Source of the DNA: Nitrososphaerota archaeon
Lineage (GTDB): Archaea; Thermoproteota; Nitrososphaeria_A; Caldarchaeales; Caldarchaeaceae
Length of the DNA stretch: 64,000 bases
NCBI GenBank assembly: GCA_041641305.1
Contig: JBEPYN010000002.1
Location: 96,001-160,000, forward strand
Direction: 5' to 3'
Below, piece after piece: positions 25,701 to 34,481 of the stretch. Within the stretch, counting starts at the first letter, position 1. Every line of letters starts with the position of its first letter. The notes beneath the pieces were generated by a model. The model made no database searches, was not told where the DNA came from, and saw only the letters and a program-made list of their open reading frames with translations. The position numbers and the translations under genes were made by a program.

Positions 25701-26376
25701 GCTTCCCCAGCACCGTAATCTCACCCAGCATGACACGGGTTGATGAAACTGGCTGCCCATCCTCAGCCACCACGAGAGGACATATCCTGACATCGAGCTG
25801 GTTGAGGTTTCTCTCAGCTCTTTTCATGTTTATCTCTGAGGCGCGGTACGCCGTGGCGGGGCTTGTTACTATGAGTTCGACGGCTGGATCGTCAAGCGTT
25901 GGGCCATAGGGGTCTTCGAGAGCAGTTATCCTCGCCCTCTCAAGCCATCCATGTTTGCCGAGAAACTCCCGCAACTGTTTAACCCTCTGCTCGTAGGATG
26001 GTATTGGATATTTTTTCCCGAGTTTTGCGGCGTAGCTGTCGGATGTGACGCCGACGATCACTTTCTCCGCTCTGGTGAATGCTTCGGCGAGCAACGCCAT
26101 GTGACCCACGTGGATGACTGAGAAGGTTCCGCCCAGCGCCGCGAAACCATACTCCATGTCCTTTTTCTCAGCACAGTTCTCCAGCATCGCCAAAACCTCT
26201 TCACCGGTTTTACGCAGCTCCCAGAGAATAACCATCGCCTCCCCTCTTGTTACACCAAGACGGTTAACCACCTCCTCCACGGAGATGTTGGGCTTCGCCA
26301 GCAACATCTTATCCCGCACATATGCCATGTGGCTACGGTAAAGCGGAAGAGACTTAACCACCTCAACCAAAGTCAT
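25675..26376 (-). CDS. coaD: Phosphopantetheine adenylyltransferase (archaeal type) with N-terminal helical extension
   Basis: LGGTFSVIHVGH, VGVTSD, LEDPYGP, IN.KR, AEDGQPVSSTR; start taken at ATG 26376. Confidence 0.85.
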   Translation of the reverse strand: MTLVEVVKSLPLYRSHMAYVRDKMLLAKPNISVEEVVNRLGVTRGEAMVILWELRKTGEEVLAMLENCAEKKDMEYGFAALGGTFSVIHVGHMALLAEAFTRAEKVIVGVTSDSYAAKLGKKYPIPSYEQRVKQLREFLGKHGWLERARITALEDPYGPTLDDPAVELIVTSPATAYRASEINMKRAERNLNQLDVRICPLVVAEDGQPVSSTRVMLGEITVLGKLRKSLEQG

Positions 26377-26516
26377 CCAATCAGCCGACAACCCTGGATA
26401 ACACATCCACCATCGTTTGGGGCGAGGCTTTTTAATAGTTTAGCCACGTTGTCCTGTCGGATGCGGGGGTTTGCGAAAAACTTATTACACCTATAAAGGG
26501 TGAGAAAAACGGCGGA

Positions 26517-26771
26517 ATGGCAGCCGATACCGACTACATGGAGAAAGCCTTGACAGAGCAGCTGGAATACTGTGAAAAAATGCTTGAAATGGAGGCGCGT
26601 CTCGACCTCGTCGTAGCCATGCTTGAGGAAATAATCAACGAGCTCTCCACGCCGAAGACATGGCTTTCCGAGGAAAAACGCAACACACTCCTCGAGAGAG
26701 CCAAAATATCCTACTACAGGGCCAAAACCCTTCTCTACCTCACCGAAACAACCCGAGGCACAAAATTCTAA
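26517..26771 (+). CDS. Small hypothetical helical protein
   Basis: 84-aa ORF with TATA-like upstream sequence and normal codon usage. Confidence 0.65.
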   Translation: MAADTDYMEKALTEQLEYCEKMLEMEARLDLVVAMLEEIINELSTPKTWLSEEKRNTLLERAKISYYRAKTLLYLTETTRGTKF

Positions 26772-26896
26772 ACCAGATCTAGCAACCGTCTCCCCCGCAT
26801 AATGTAAACTTCTCGGAAACCTTTCGAACGTTTCTGAACGGTTTTGACGCTTTCTACATGGGGTAAGGTTTTTCGGCGTCTTTTCGGAGACAAGCA

Positions 26897-27745
26897 GTGA
26901 TGAGGGCTTCGGCGTTTATGGCGGTTCTGGTGTCGGCGGCTGTTCTGGCTACGGTTGCTTTGGCTGCTGCTCAGGAACTATCAGATGTGTCGTTGGGGCA
27001 GCGGATTACCGAGGAGCTTAGGTCAATAGTGGTTGAGCATAGAGAGGCCGTGAGAGAGGCGTTGCTCGAGTTCAAGCTAAAGCTGGAGCAGGTGAAGGAG
27101 AATCGGACGGAGCTGATAGCCCAGTTTCTCGAGGAGCGGCATAACAGAATAGAGGAGATTAGGACAGAAATAGAGAACCTGCGACAACAATACCTCGCGG
27201 GAAACATTACAAAAGAAGAGTATCTGGCGTCGTTGAAGGCCCTGCAAACAGAGCTCAAAGCCTTAGCAAAATCATCCGAGAAACTCGGCCAGAAGATGCA
27301 GGAGCTTGTGAAAGACCTGAAGGATGCTGTGAAGGAGAAGGTTGAGAGGCTGCGGGAAATCAACAGAGAATTTGGTCAACGGGTCGCCGAGGAGGCTAAG
27401 AAGCTGGGCGACCTTGCAAAGGAAGAAGTCGAGAACAGTGGTCTGGGCAACGGCAGGGGAAATGGCCGGGGTAACCCGCATAGAGATAACTCAACAGAAA
27501 CAAGCGACGTCGGCAACAGTAACAGAGGGCAAAATAATGCTGTTGATGAGCGGCCCGGCAACAGCGGCAACTCAACAGACACAGGCAACGCCGAAAACAG
27601 AGGAAGAGGGCAAAACAACAGCGGCGACGATGAGCCAGGTAACCGGAATAACAACCCGCACCATGATAACGCAGCGGATAACGGAAACAACGGTGACCGA
27701 GGCAACTCGGACAACGGAAGAGGCAGGGGACGCGGCAGAGAATAA
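26897..27745 (+). CDS. Secreted coiled-coil protein with Asn/Gly/Arg/Asp-rich low-complexity tail
   Basis: Ala-rich signal peptide, about 150 aa of heptads, tail repeats GNGRG / NRGQNN / PGN. Confidence 0.8.
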   Translation: MMRASAFMAVLVSAAVLATVALAAAQELSDVSLGQRITEELRSIVVEHREAVREALLEFKLKLEQVKENRTELIAQFLEERHNRIEEIRTEIENLRQQYLAGNITKEEYLASLKALQTELKALAKSSEKLGQKMQELVKDLKDAVKEKVERLREINREFGQRVAEEAKKLGDLAKEEVENSGLGNGRGNGRGNPHRDNSTETSDVGNSNRGQNNAVDERPGNSGNSTDTGNAENRGRGQNNSGDDEPGNRNNNPHHDNAADNGNNGDRGNSDNGRGRGRGRE

Positions 27746-27790
27746 CATCCTCGGGAAACCTATATACACAGAGATGCATAAGCCATCCAC

Positions 27791-28663
27791 ATGATTACCT
27801 CTCTCTTTCTTCTGCTCATGCTCGCATCCTCACAGCTTCCCTCATACGCAACCCTGTACATAGTGGAGCTAAGTGCTGATGGTTCAGCGACTTGGCAGAT
27901 ATCCCACGCCTTTCCGCTGGCCTCTGTTGAGGAGGCTGAAGCATTCAGGGCGCTGGCTTCAAACATGTCTCTTCAGAGTGGTGAGTATTTGGCGAGGGTT
28001 GAGAGGCTTGTCTCCGATGCAGCGGCTGCTACGGGTAGAGAGATGATGGTTGAGAATTTCCATGTTGAGCATGAGGTTGTTGAAACGGTTGGGGGGATGC
28101 TTGGCGTTGTTAAAGTGGTGTTCCGGTGGAGCGGGTTCGCCAAGAAGCTGGATAACAGGCTCGAGGCTGGAGACGTCTTCGTCGGGGGAATGGTTTTGCT
28201 CGACGGCGAAACACTTAGAATAACTTTTCCACAGAGTTACAGGGTTGTCGAGGTCAGGCCCACGCCCGACGGCACGGGCGACGGGTTTCTCGAATGGAGA
28301 GGACGCAGAGTATTCGGCGAAAAAGAGCCACACATCGTTCTATCCTCGTCCAACATCATTCCCGCTCCACCCAGCTTTCTCCAAAATGGCTGGATAATGT
28401 TTCCGGCTCTGTTTTCTGCAGCCGCTGTAGCAGCTGTTGCCTTGTTTGTGAAGCGGCGTAGGCGTGTTTCCGGTGACGAGCTCTTGGTTGAACGTGTTTT
28501 GGCTGTTCTCAGGAGGCATGGCGGGGAGATGAAGCAGTCGCAGATAGCACGGGAGCTCGGTCTTCCACGTTCAACAATCAGCACCGTGATGAAGGTTTTG
28601 GAGGAGCAGAGAAGGGTTTCAAGGGTTAAAGTGGGCCGCGACGTCATCGTGAAGCTGCAGTAA
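27791..28663 (+). CDS. Membrane-anchored winged-HTH transcription regulator with extracellular domain
   Basis: Signal peptide, beta-rich ectodomain, TM helix plus KRRRR, then LRRHGGEMKQSQIARELGLPRSTISTVMKVLEEQRRVSRVKVGR. Confidence 0.85.
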   Translation: MITSLFLLLMLASSQLPSYATLYIVELSADGSATWQISHAFPLASVEEAEAFRALASNMSLQSGEYLARVERLVSDAAAATGREMMVENFHVEHEVVETVGGMLGVVKVVFRWSGFAKKLDNRLEAGDVFVGGMVLLDGETLRITFPQSYRVVEVRPTPDGTGDGFLEWRGRRVFGEKEPHIVLSSSNIIPAPPSFLQNGWIMFPALFSAAAVAAVALFVKRRRRVSGDELLVERVLAVLRRHGGEMKQSQIARELGLPRSTISTVMKVLEEQRRVSRVKVGRDVIVKLQ

Positions 28664-28670
28664 CGCTGCT

Positions 28671-29939
28671 TCAGCGACGATGGCTATACCAGCCCTCCAT
28701 CTTCTCCCAGCTCCAGCCATAGCTCGACGGAACAGCATACCCGAAGACGATGCAGCCCCTCCACACAGCATACTGAGGCTCTGCTGAAAGCTTCACAACA
28801 GGGTTCTCAACACCTCTTTGCCTCAGCTCATGTGTGAGACGCATCTCGCTGTCAACCGCTACTCCACGCAGCCTCTGCGGCGCCTGCCACGAAAAATTCC
28901 CACCTGAGAGAATAACTTGGCTGTAGAGAAGAGGCTGAAGCTCTGTGGGGCATTTCTCGACAGCTTGGATGATTGTGTCGACTATGCTGAGTGTGCCGTA
29001 GAAGACCACGTCACCGACCTTCGTGTCCGAGGGCCTCGGCATACCTCTACGGTGATAGCTCTCGAAGATTTCGTGGTTGGGGTTGAAGACGTATTCACCG
29101 ATGAGGAAACGCGCCCACGAGTCTTTTCCGAGGTCGATTTTTATCCGCGTCCCCGGAGGCTGATACACCGTCTTCAACTCGTCTGGATAGTTCTTCGCGA
29201 AAGCCAGCGCCTTATCCAGCTCCAGCGGCAACAGACCTATGTTTTCCTTGACTTTTCTCACGAGCGCCTCTTCCTTCACGAGGTCGCCGTAGCCAGCGTC
29301 TTTGAGTATCTCAGCGGTTATGGCGTTGGCTGCGCTTCCTCCTCTGTTGAGGGCGATGACCGCCTCGCGGATGGGTGCTCTCGATATCGGCGAGACCTGT
29401 GTGTTGCCGTGTCCGCTTTCGACTACGACGCATGAGGTCTGCTTATGCGCTATCGCGACGGCGAGGGGCTGGGGAATGATTGTCGATGAATGTATAAGAC
29501 CTTCCGCGGCCAGCTTGTCATAGATGCTGAAGAGCCGTTCATACATGTAGCGGGGAGCGGTTGCGGAAAGTGCTGCGACGACGTAGAAACCTTTGAACCC
29601 GAAGCCGCCGGGTTTGAACTCGGCGAGGCTTTGTCGGGTCAGCTCCTCGACAACACGCCACGCCCTCTCATCATCCCGTCCAATCGCCCCACTCCTCATA
29701 GGGTAGACAAGACGTATAGAGAGCTCCGACCCCGCGCCGAGAAAAAGCGTAACATCTTTCCCCACGACAACCTCCTTCTCCACACCCAACAGCTCCGAGA
29801 CAATAGACTTCTCCGGAAAATATCCCCTATTGGCCGTGACAAGAGGCTTATCACCCTGCGTGATAGGGCCATACTTGAAGTCACTCGTCCCATAGTCGCA
29901 TCCAAACACGTAACGCCGCCGATAATCCTCGTCGAACAT
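28671..29939 (-). CDS. Crenactin (archaeal actin)
   Basis: FGCDYGTSDFKYGPIT, YPMRSG, ALSATAPRYMY, PQPLAVAIA, VESGHGNTQV, LNRGG, ILSGGNFSW, EPQYAVWRG, EGW; collinear with Pyrobaculum crenactin as recalled. Confidence 0.93.
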   Translation of the reverse strand: MFDEDYRRRYVFGCDYGTSDFKYGPITQGDKPLVTANRGYFPEKSIVSELLGVEKEVVVGKDVTLFLGAGSELSIRLVYPMRSGAIGRDDERAWRVVEELTRQSLAEFKPGGFGFKGFYVVAALSATAPRYMYERLFSIYDKLAAEGLIHSSTIIPQPLAVAIAHKQTSCVVVESGHGNTQVSPISRAPIREAVIALNRGGSAANAITAEILKDAGYGDLVKEEALVRKVKENIGLLPLELDKALAFAKNYPDELKTVYQPPGTRIKIDLGKDSWARFLIGEYVFNPNHEIFESYHRRGMPRPSDTKVGDVVFYGTLSIVDTIIQAVEKCPTELQPLLYSQVILSGGNFSWQAPQRLRGVAVDSEMRLTHELRQRGVENPVVKLSAEPQYAVWRGCIVFGYAVPSSYGWSWEKMEGWYSHRR

Positions 29940-29971
29940 CTAAACACAGGAGAAACTCGCCATAATTAACT

Positions 29972-30592
29972 TCACTTTTTTGCGGATAAAAGCTCGACCC
30001 ATGGGTTGTCCTCTATGAAGGATGGCAGAGCCTCGGTCCTCGTTTTCTTCGCCTTGTTTTCGCTTTTGACGGGTTGGACAGCTGGCTGCGGCTCCACCCG
30101 TACAGGCTGCTTACCCAATTCCTCTACCCTCTTCTCCAACTCTTCTACACGTCTCAAAACCGTTGACAGCATGTTCTCCAGCCTCTCAACCCTCTCAACA
30201 TATGCAGCTATCTTTTCACCCACGGCAGGCCGCTGCTCCTCAACCGTTTTACTAGCCTGCTCCACCTCAACAATCTCGACAACGCCCCGCTCATCATAGA
30301 CCAGCACACCAATCCTGTTTACGCGAAAAGCATAGTCACCGACCCGCGAAACAAACCCCACAGGCATACAGACATAGGCCATTCTCCCACCACCCGAATC
30401 CATCGCAGCCTGAATAATCGTGGCCAACATCTCATCCCGGCTAGCCAACTCATCGACAACCCTGACAACCGTCTCAGCTTCTCCGCAGAAAAACCGCAGA
30501 AACCCATCGGCCACAGATTTCTCCACAACCCTGCATCCCTTCTCAGCAAAATGGCTCTCAACCCACTTCATCAACATGCTGCGGGCCGGCAT
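29972..30592 (-). CDS. Arcadin-2-like protein (crenactin regulator)
   Basis: Directly upstream of crenactin; coiled coil then C-terminal EDNPWVELLSAKK, resembling the actin-binding ENEWVKILRSKR helix of arcadin-2. Confidence 0.7.
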   Translation of the reverse strand: MPARSMLMKWVESHFAEKGCRVVEKSVADGFLRFFCGEAETVVRVVDELASRDEMLATIIQAAMDSGGGRMAYVCMPVGFVSRVGDYAFRVNRIGVLVYDERGVVEIVEVEQASKTVEEQRPAVGEKIAAYVERVERLENMLSTVLRRVEELEKRVEELGKQPVRVEPQPAVQPVKSENKAKKTRTEALPSFIEDNPWVELLSAKK

Positions 30593-30634
30593 CTTCCTCC
30601 GAAAAATGCCCCCGGGGGGGCGGATTAAGGTTTT

Positions 30635-31525
30635 CTATGCGGGGACCCTGCTTTTGATTTCTCTGTGGACTTCAATCACTTTGGCGAGGAGCTTTGACTT
30701 GACTTCTTGCCAGCCGCTTGCGGGCGCGTCGAAAACTATGGCGACGATGTAGTATGTTTTGTCGCTCTGCTCCTCGAGATAGATGTCCTTCACCTCGGGA
30801 AACTCTGCCAAAGCCTGTCTCAACATGCTCAACGTATTCTCTGGGCTGATGTCTATGGGAAACTCGTACCGGAGCATCCGCTCACGGCCGGTGACTTCAG
30901 AGTAGTTGGCTATCGCGGAGTTGGCGAGGATAAGGTTGTTGGGAATCCTGATCACCAGGCCATCGTCTGTGACGAGGGTTGTGTACATGAGACTCATGTT
31001 CTCCACCACACCCGAGTAGGCGGGGACGACGTAGTCTCTTGAAAAGAATTTGTAACCGGGTAGAAATGCCCATTGATAGGGGATACTGCTCGTGACCACT
31101 GCTATCCTGTCACCTATCTTGAAGGGCCTTGACATCAGCAGTATTACTCCGGCGATGACGTTTGAAAGAGTTGTCTGACCGGCTAAACCTATCACAAGCC
31201 CCGTGACTGTCCCACCAGCGAGAGCCGTCTCAGGAGATATGCCCAGCATGGACAGCACGAAGACCGCTATCAAGATGTATCCGATTATCTGGATGATGAG
31301 GCCTCCTCCAACAGCCTGTTGGCCAACAAGTGGCCTGAAGGTTTTGACGACATGGGTGGAGGTTATTCTAATGAGGTATATTCCCACAAGCACGGCAGAA
31401 GCTACAACCACAACCCTCTCTGCGAGAGGGGGCAGATACCCTAGGTTAACTGAGGCGAATATGGTGAGGTAAAGACCGACAGCCGCCAGAACCGCTAGGA
31501 TGAAGCGTGTCCTGAACCCTGCCAT
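30635..31525 (-). CDS. mscS: Small-conductance mechanosensitive channel
   Basis: GLAGQTTLSNVIAGVILLMSRPFKIGD...G.V..M.L.YT..VT.DG..IRIPN. Confidence 0.9.
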   Translation of the reverse strand: MAGFRTRFILAVLAAVGLYLTIFASVNLGYLPPLAERVVVVASAVLVGIYLIRITSTHVVKTFRPLVGQQAVGGGLIIQIIGYILIAVFVLSMLGISPETALAGGTVTGLVIGLAGQTTLSNVIAGVILLMSRPFKIGDRIAVVTSSIPYQWAFLPGYKFFSRDYVVPAYSGVVENMSLMYTTLVTDDGLVIRIPNNLILANSAIANYSEVTGRERMLRYEFPIDISPENTLSMLRQALAEFPEVKDIYLEEQSDKTYYIVAIVFDAPASGWQEVKSKLLAKVIEVHREIKSRVPA

Positions 31526-31615
31526 GTGAACAATAGCCGACCAGAACCATATAAAGGAAAACCTGGCAAATTTTTTAGCTCCCCTCTAGCGATGTAATGT
31601 GTACAAGGTTCCTCC

Positions 31616-32236
31616 ATGTTAAGAAAAATTGCAGAGTTTCTTTCCAACGGTTTGAAGAGTATTCGGCTGAGTCTTGAGATATCGGGTACGAATGTTGCTG
31701 TCCGGAGGTATTTTTTCAGCAACTCTTTTGATGGTGTGTTGACCGTTACGGGGCTTTGTCTGGGAGCCGCGGTTGCGCCGGGGACAAAGGTTTCGACAGT
31801 TGTTTTCGCAGGCCTAGGAGCCTCTATAGCCATGCTTGTCTCAGGCTTCACCGGTATCTATGTGACCGAAAGCGCCGAGTCACGGAGAAGGGTTCGGGAA
31901 ATTGAGGAATCCATGCTCCGCGACGTAAGCGACACAATCATCGGGAGAGCAGGCATGGTTGGCCCGCTCATCGCCTCGCTAATCGGCGGGTTATCCACCT
32001 TCCTCCTCTCGGTGACGGTGCTTCTGCCATATATCGCGAGCGTGTACATAGAGGAGCTGCAGCCTTATGCCATGTTTCTCTCTCCCGCCGTGGGGCTTGT
32101 GCTGCTGTTTGTGCTTGGAATGTTTCTCGGAAAGTTCTCGAAAATTGATATGGTTAAGACTGGTTTGAAGATGCTGGGGATGGGGGTTGTCACAGCTGTG
32201 TTAATTCTGTTGATGGAGATTTTCCTCAACCTGTGA
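31616..32236 (+). CDS. VIT1/CCC1-family membrane protein
   Basis: RRYFFSNSFDGVLT, IAMLVSGFTGIYVTESAE, multiple TM segments. Confidence 0.8.
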   Translation: MLRKIAEFLSNGLKSIRLSLEISGTNVAVRRYFFSNSFDGVLTVTGLCLGAAVAPGTKVSTVVFAGLGASIAMLVSGFTGIYVTESAESRRRVREIEESMLRDVSDTIIGRAGMVGPLIASLIGGLSTFLLSVTVLLPYIASVYIEELQPYAMFLSPAVGLVLLFVLGMFLGKFSKIDMVKTGLKMLGMGVVTAVLILLMEIFLNL

Positions 32237-33269
32237 GAAACTTGTTGAGCTCGTCCGGTTTGAAGACACCTTTCTCCGTTATGACCGCGGTGACAAGCTG
32301 TGGGGGTGTGATGTCGAAGGCGTAGTTTATGGCCCGTGTTCCCGGCGGTGTTATTCTCTCACGGCCCACGTAATGCACCTCATCCTCAGACCGCTCCTCA
32401 ATCACCACCTCATCGACAGTTTTATGCAGATCTATGGTTGACGTGGGCGCCGCGACGTAGAAAGGTATGTTGAAGTGATGTGCGTTAACCGCTGCTGATA
32501 GCGTGCCTATCTTGTTGATGACATGGCCTGTTTTGGCGAGGATTCTGTCGGCGCCGACCACGACGCAGTCTATCGTATGTCTCGACATGAGGAAGGCGAC
32601 GGCTGTGTCGGGCACAACGTAGAACGGTATTTTGAGTGTTTTGAGCTCGAAGGCTGTGAGCTTCGCTCCCTGTAGCCGTGGCCGTGTCTCGCTAGCGTAG
32701 ACGAGTATTTTCTTCCCCGACTCATGCGCATACCTGATTACACCCAAGGCTGTGCCGTAGCCAGCCGTGGCGAGGGCCCCTGCGTTACAGTGTGTAAGTA
32801 TTTTTGCGCCGTCGGGTATGAGGTCTGCGCCGAGCCTGCCGATTGTCTTGTTCATCTCCACATCCTCTCTGTGGATTTTGTGTGCTTCATTGAGGAGTGT
32901 CTCCGCGATTTTTGACGGCGACCCATCCATGTTCTCGGCCTTTTTCATCATTCTGTCAAGGGCCCAGAAGAGGTTGACCGCTGTTGGTCTTGTGGAGCCG
33001 AGTTTTTTCGCGGCTTGTCTGAGCTTGATCAACAGCTGTTCACGAGTCTTAACCCTTGAACGGAGGGCCGCCAAAGCCATTCCATAAGCGGCGGCGACAC
33101 CGATTGCAGGAGCACCTCGGACAGCCATATCCTTAATCGCCACCGCAACCTCGTCAACAGTTCTACATCGTAGAAACTTTACACGCATAGGCAGAAGCCT
33201 CTGGTCAAGCAAAACAAGCTCGCCACGCCGCTCATCCCAGCGAATAGTCTCAACAGCCGGCAAACGCAA
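32226..33269 (-). CDS. mtnA: S-methyl-5-thioribose-1-phosphate isomerase (eIF2B-like family)
   Basis: LLDQRLLP, MAVRGAPAIG, TRPTAVNL, LTHCNAGALATAGYGTA, ETRPRLQGA, VGADRI, NKIGT, FDITP. Confidence 0.92.
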   Translation of the reverse strand: MRLPAVETIRWDERRGELVLLDQRLLPMRVKFLRCRTVDEVAVAIKDMAVRGAPAIGVAAAYGMALAALRSRVKTREQLLIKLRQAAKKLGSTRPTAVNLFWALDRMMKKAENMDGSPSKIAETLLNEAHKIHREDVEMNKTIGRLGADLIPDGAKILTHCNAGALATAGYGTALGVIRYAHESGKKILVYASETRPRLQGAKLTAFELKTLKIPFYVVPDTAVAFLMSRHTIDCVVVGADRILAKTGHVINKIGTLSAAVNAHHFNIPFYVAAPTSTIDLHKTVDEVVIEERSEDEVHYVGRERITPPGTRAINYAFDITPPQLVTAVITEKGVFKPDELNKFLTG

Positions 33270-33328
33270 TCACTCTGACAACAGCATTGTAGGTATTTAA
33301 TGGTTTATAATTTGGCGAAATAATTGGG

Positions 33329-34480
33329 GTGGATGGTTTGAGCGAGGTCCTTGTTCTTGGCGCGGGTTTCGGCGGCCTAGCTGCGGCGGTGGAGTTAAGG
33401 CGACTGCTTCCCCCGGAGCATAGCGTAGCAGTTGTTGATAGACGGGATATGTTTTCGATGGGTTTCATGAACCTCTGGCTTATGGTTGGTGAGAGAGCTA
33501 TGCCCCGTGAATGCCTGTTTCCGGTTAAGGGTGTGGAGAAACGTGGCGTACGGTTTGTGAATGAAGAGGTTCTCGAGATAGACCCTGTCTCGAGAAGGGT
33601 TGTCACAAGCGGGGGTGTCTACAATCCCGACCTGGTTGTGGTTGCTCTTGGCGCCGAGTATGCTTTCGATGCTGTCCCCGGCTTCCGAGAACATGCACAC
33701 AACTTCTATGACCTGATGGGTGCCTACGCAGCCCAGAACATGCTCAAAGACTTTACACGCGGCCGCATAGCCATCCTCATAGCCAAACCACCCTACAAAT
33801 GTCCACCAGCACCCTATGAAGCAGCCCTACTCATAGACTCCTACTTCAGAAGACGAGGTATCCGCGACAAGGTCGAGATAGATGTCTACACCCCTGAGCC
33901 GCAGCCCATGCCCGCCGCAGGGCCCGTCGGCAAACGTGTTGCACAGTTTTTGACAGAGCGTGGAATAGGGTTTCATCCACGCAAACAGGTTAAACAGATT
34001 GTGGATGGCAAACTTGTGTTAGAAGATGGTGAGGCCCCGTTCGACCTTTTGCTCGGTGTCCCTCCACACCGCGCGCCTAAGCCCGTTAGAGATTCGCCGC
34101 TCGTCGACGAGTCTGGCTGGATTCCCGTAAACCCCCAGACCATGGAGACAAAGTTCAAAAATGTCTACGCCATCGGCGACATCACGTCGGTGAAGCTGCC
34201 GAGCGGAATGTTTCTCCCCAAGGCAGGGGTCTTCGCCGAAGCCATGGCCCTGACCGCTGCACGACGCATAGCCGCCACACTCCTGAACAAGCCTGCCGAA
34301 GAACTTTTCAACGGCATGGGCTACTGTTTCTTCGAGGTGGGCGACGGCCAAGCAGGCAAAATCGTCGCCAACTTCTACACAGACCCGGCTCCATCAATAA
34401 TGTTCGAGTCTCCTTCTCCAAAGTATAGGGAAGAGAAGGTTGAGTTCGGAAACGTTAGGTTGAGTAGGTGGCTGCTGTAG
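33329..34480 (+). CDS. Sulfide:quinone oxidoreductase-like FAD-dependent oxidoreductase
   Basis: LGAGFGG, YKCPPAPYE, VYAIGD, LPKAG.FA, GYCFFE. Confidence 0.85.
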   Translation: MDGLSEVLVLGAGFGGLAAAVELRRLLPPEHSVAVVDRRDMFSMGFMNLWLMVGERAMPRECLFPVKGVEKRGVRFVNEEVLEIDPVSRRVVTSGGVYNPDLVVVALGAEYAFDAVPGFREHAHNFYDLMGAYAAQNMLKDFTRGRIAILIAKPPYKCPPAPYEAALLIDSYFRRRGIRDKVEIDVYTPEPQPMPAAGPVGKRVAQFLTERGIGFHPRKQVKQIVDGKLVLEDGEAPFDLLLGVPPHRAPKPVRDSPLVDESGWIPVNPQTMETKFKNVYAIGDITSVKLPSGMFLPKAGVFAEAMALTAARRIAATLLNKPAEELFNGMGYCFFEVGDGQAGKIVANFYTDPAPSIMFESPSPKYREEKVEFGNVRLSRWLL

Positions 34481-34481
34481 C

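Noticed and set aside
26897-27745. Coiled-coil protein as SMC-like arcadin-4 or ESCRT-III
   Set aside because: It has a signal peptide, no ATPase motif, and lies on the opposite strand to crenactin.
30606-30621. GCCCCCGGGGGGGC hairpin between mscS and the arcadin-like gene
   Set aside because: A single short GC palindrome with no supporting context.
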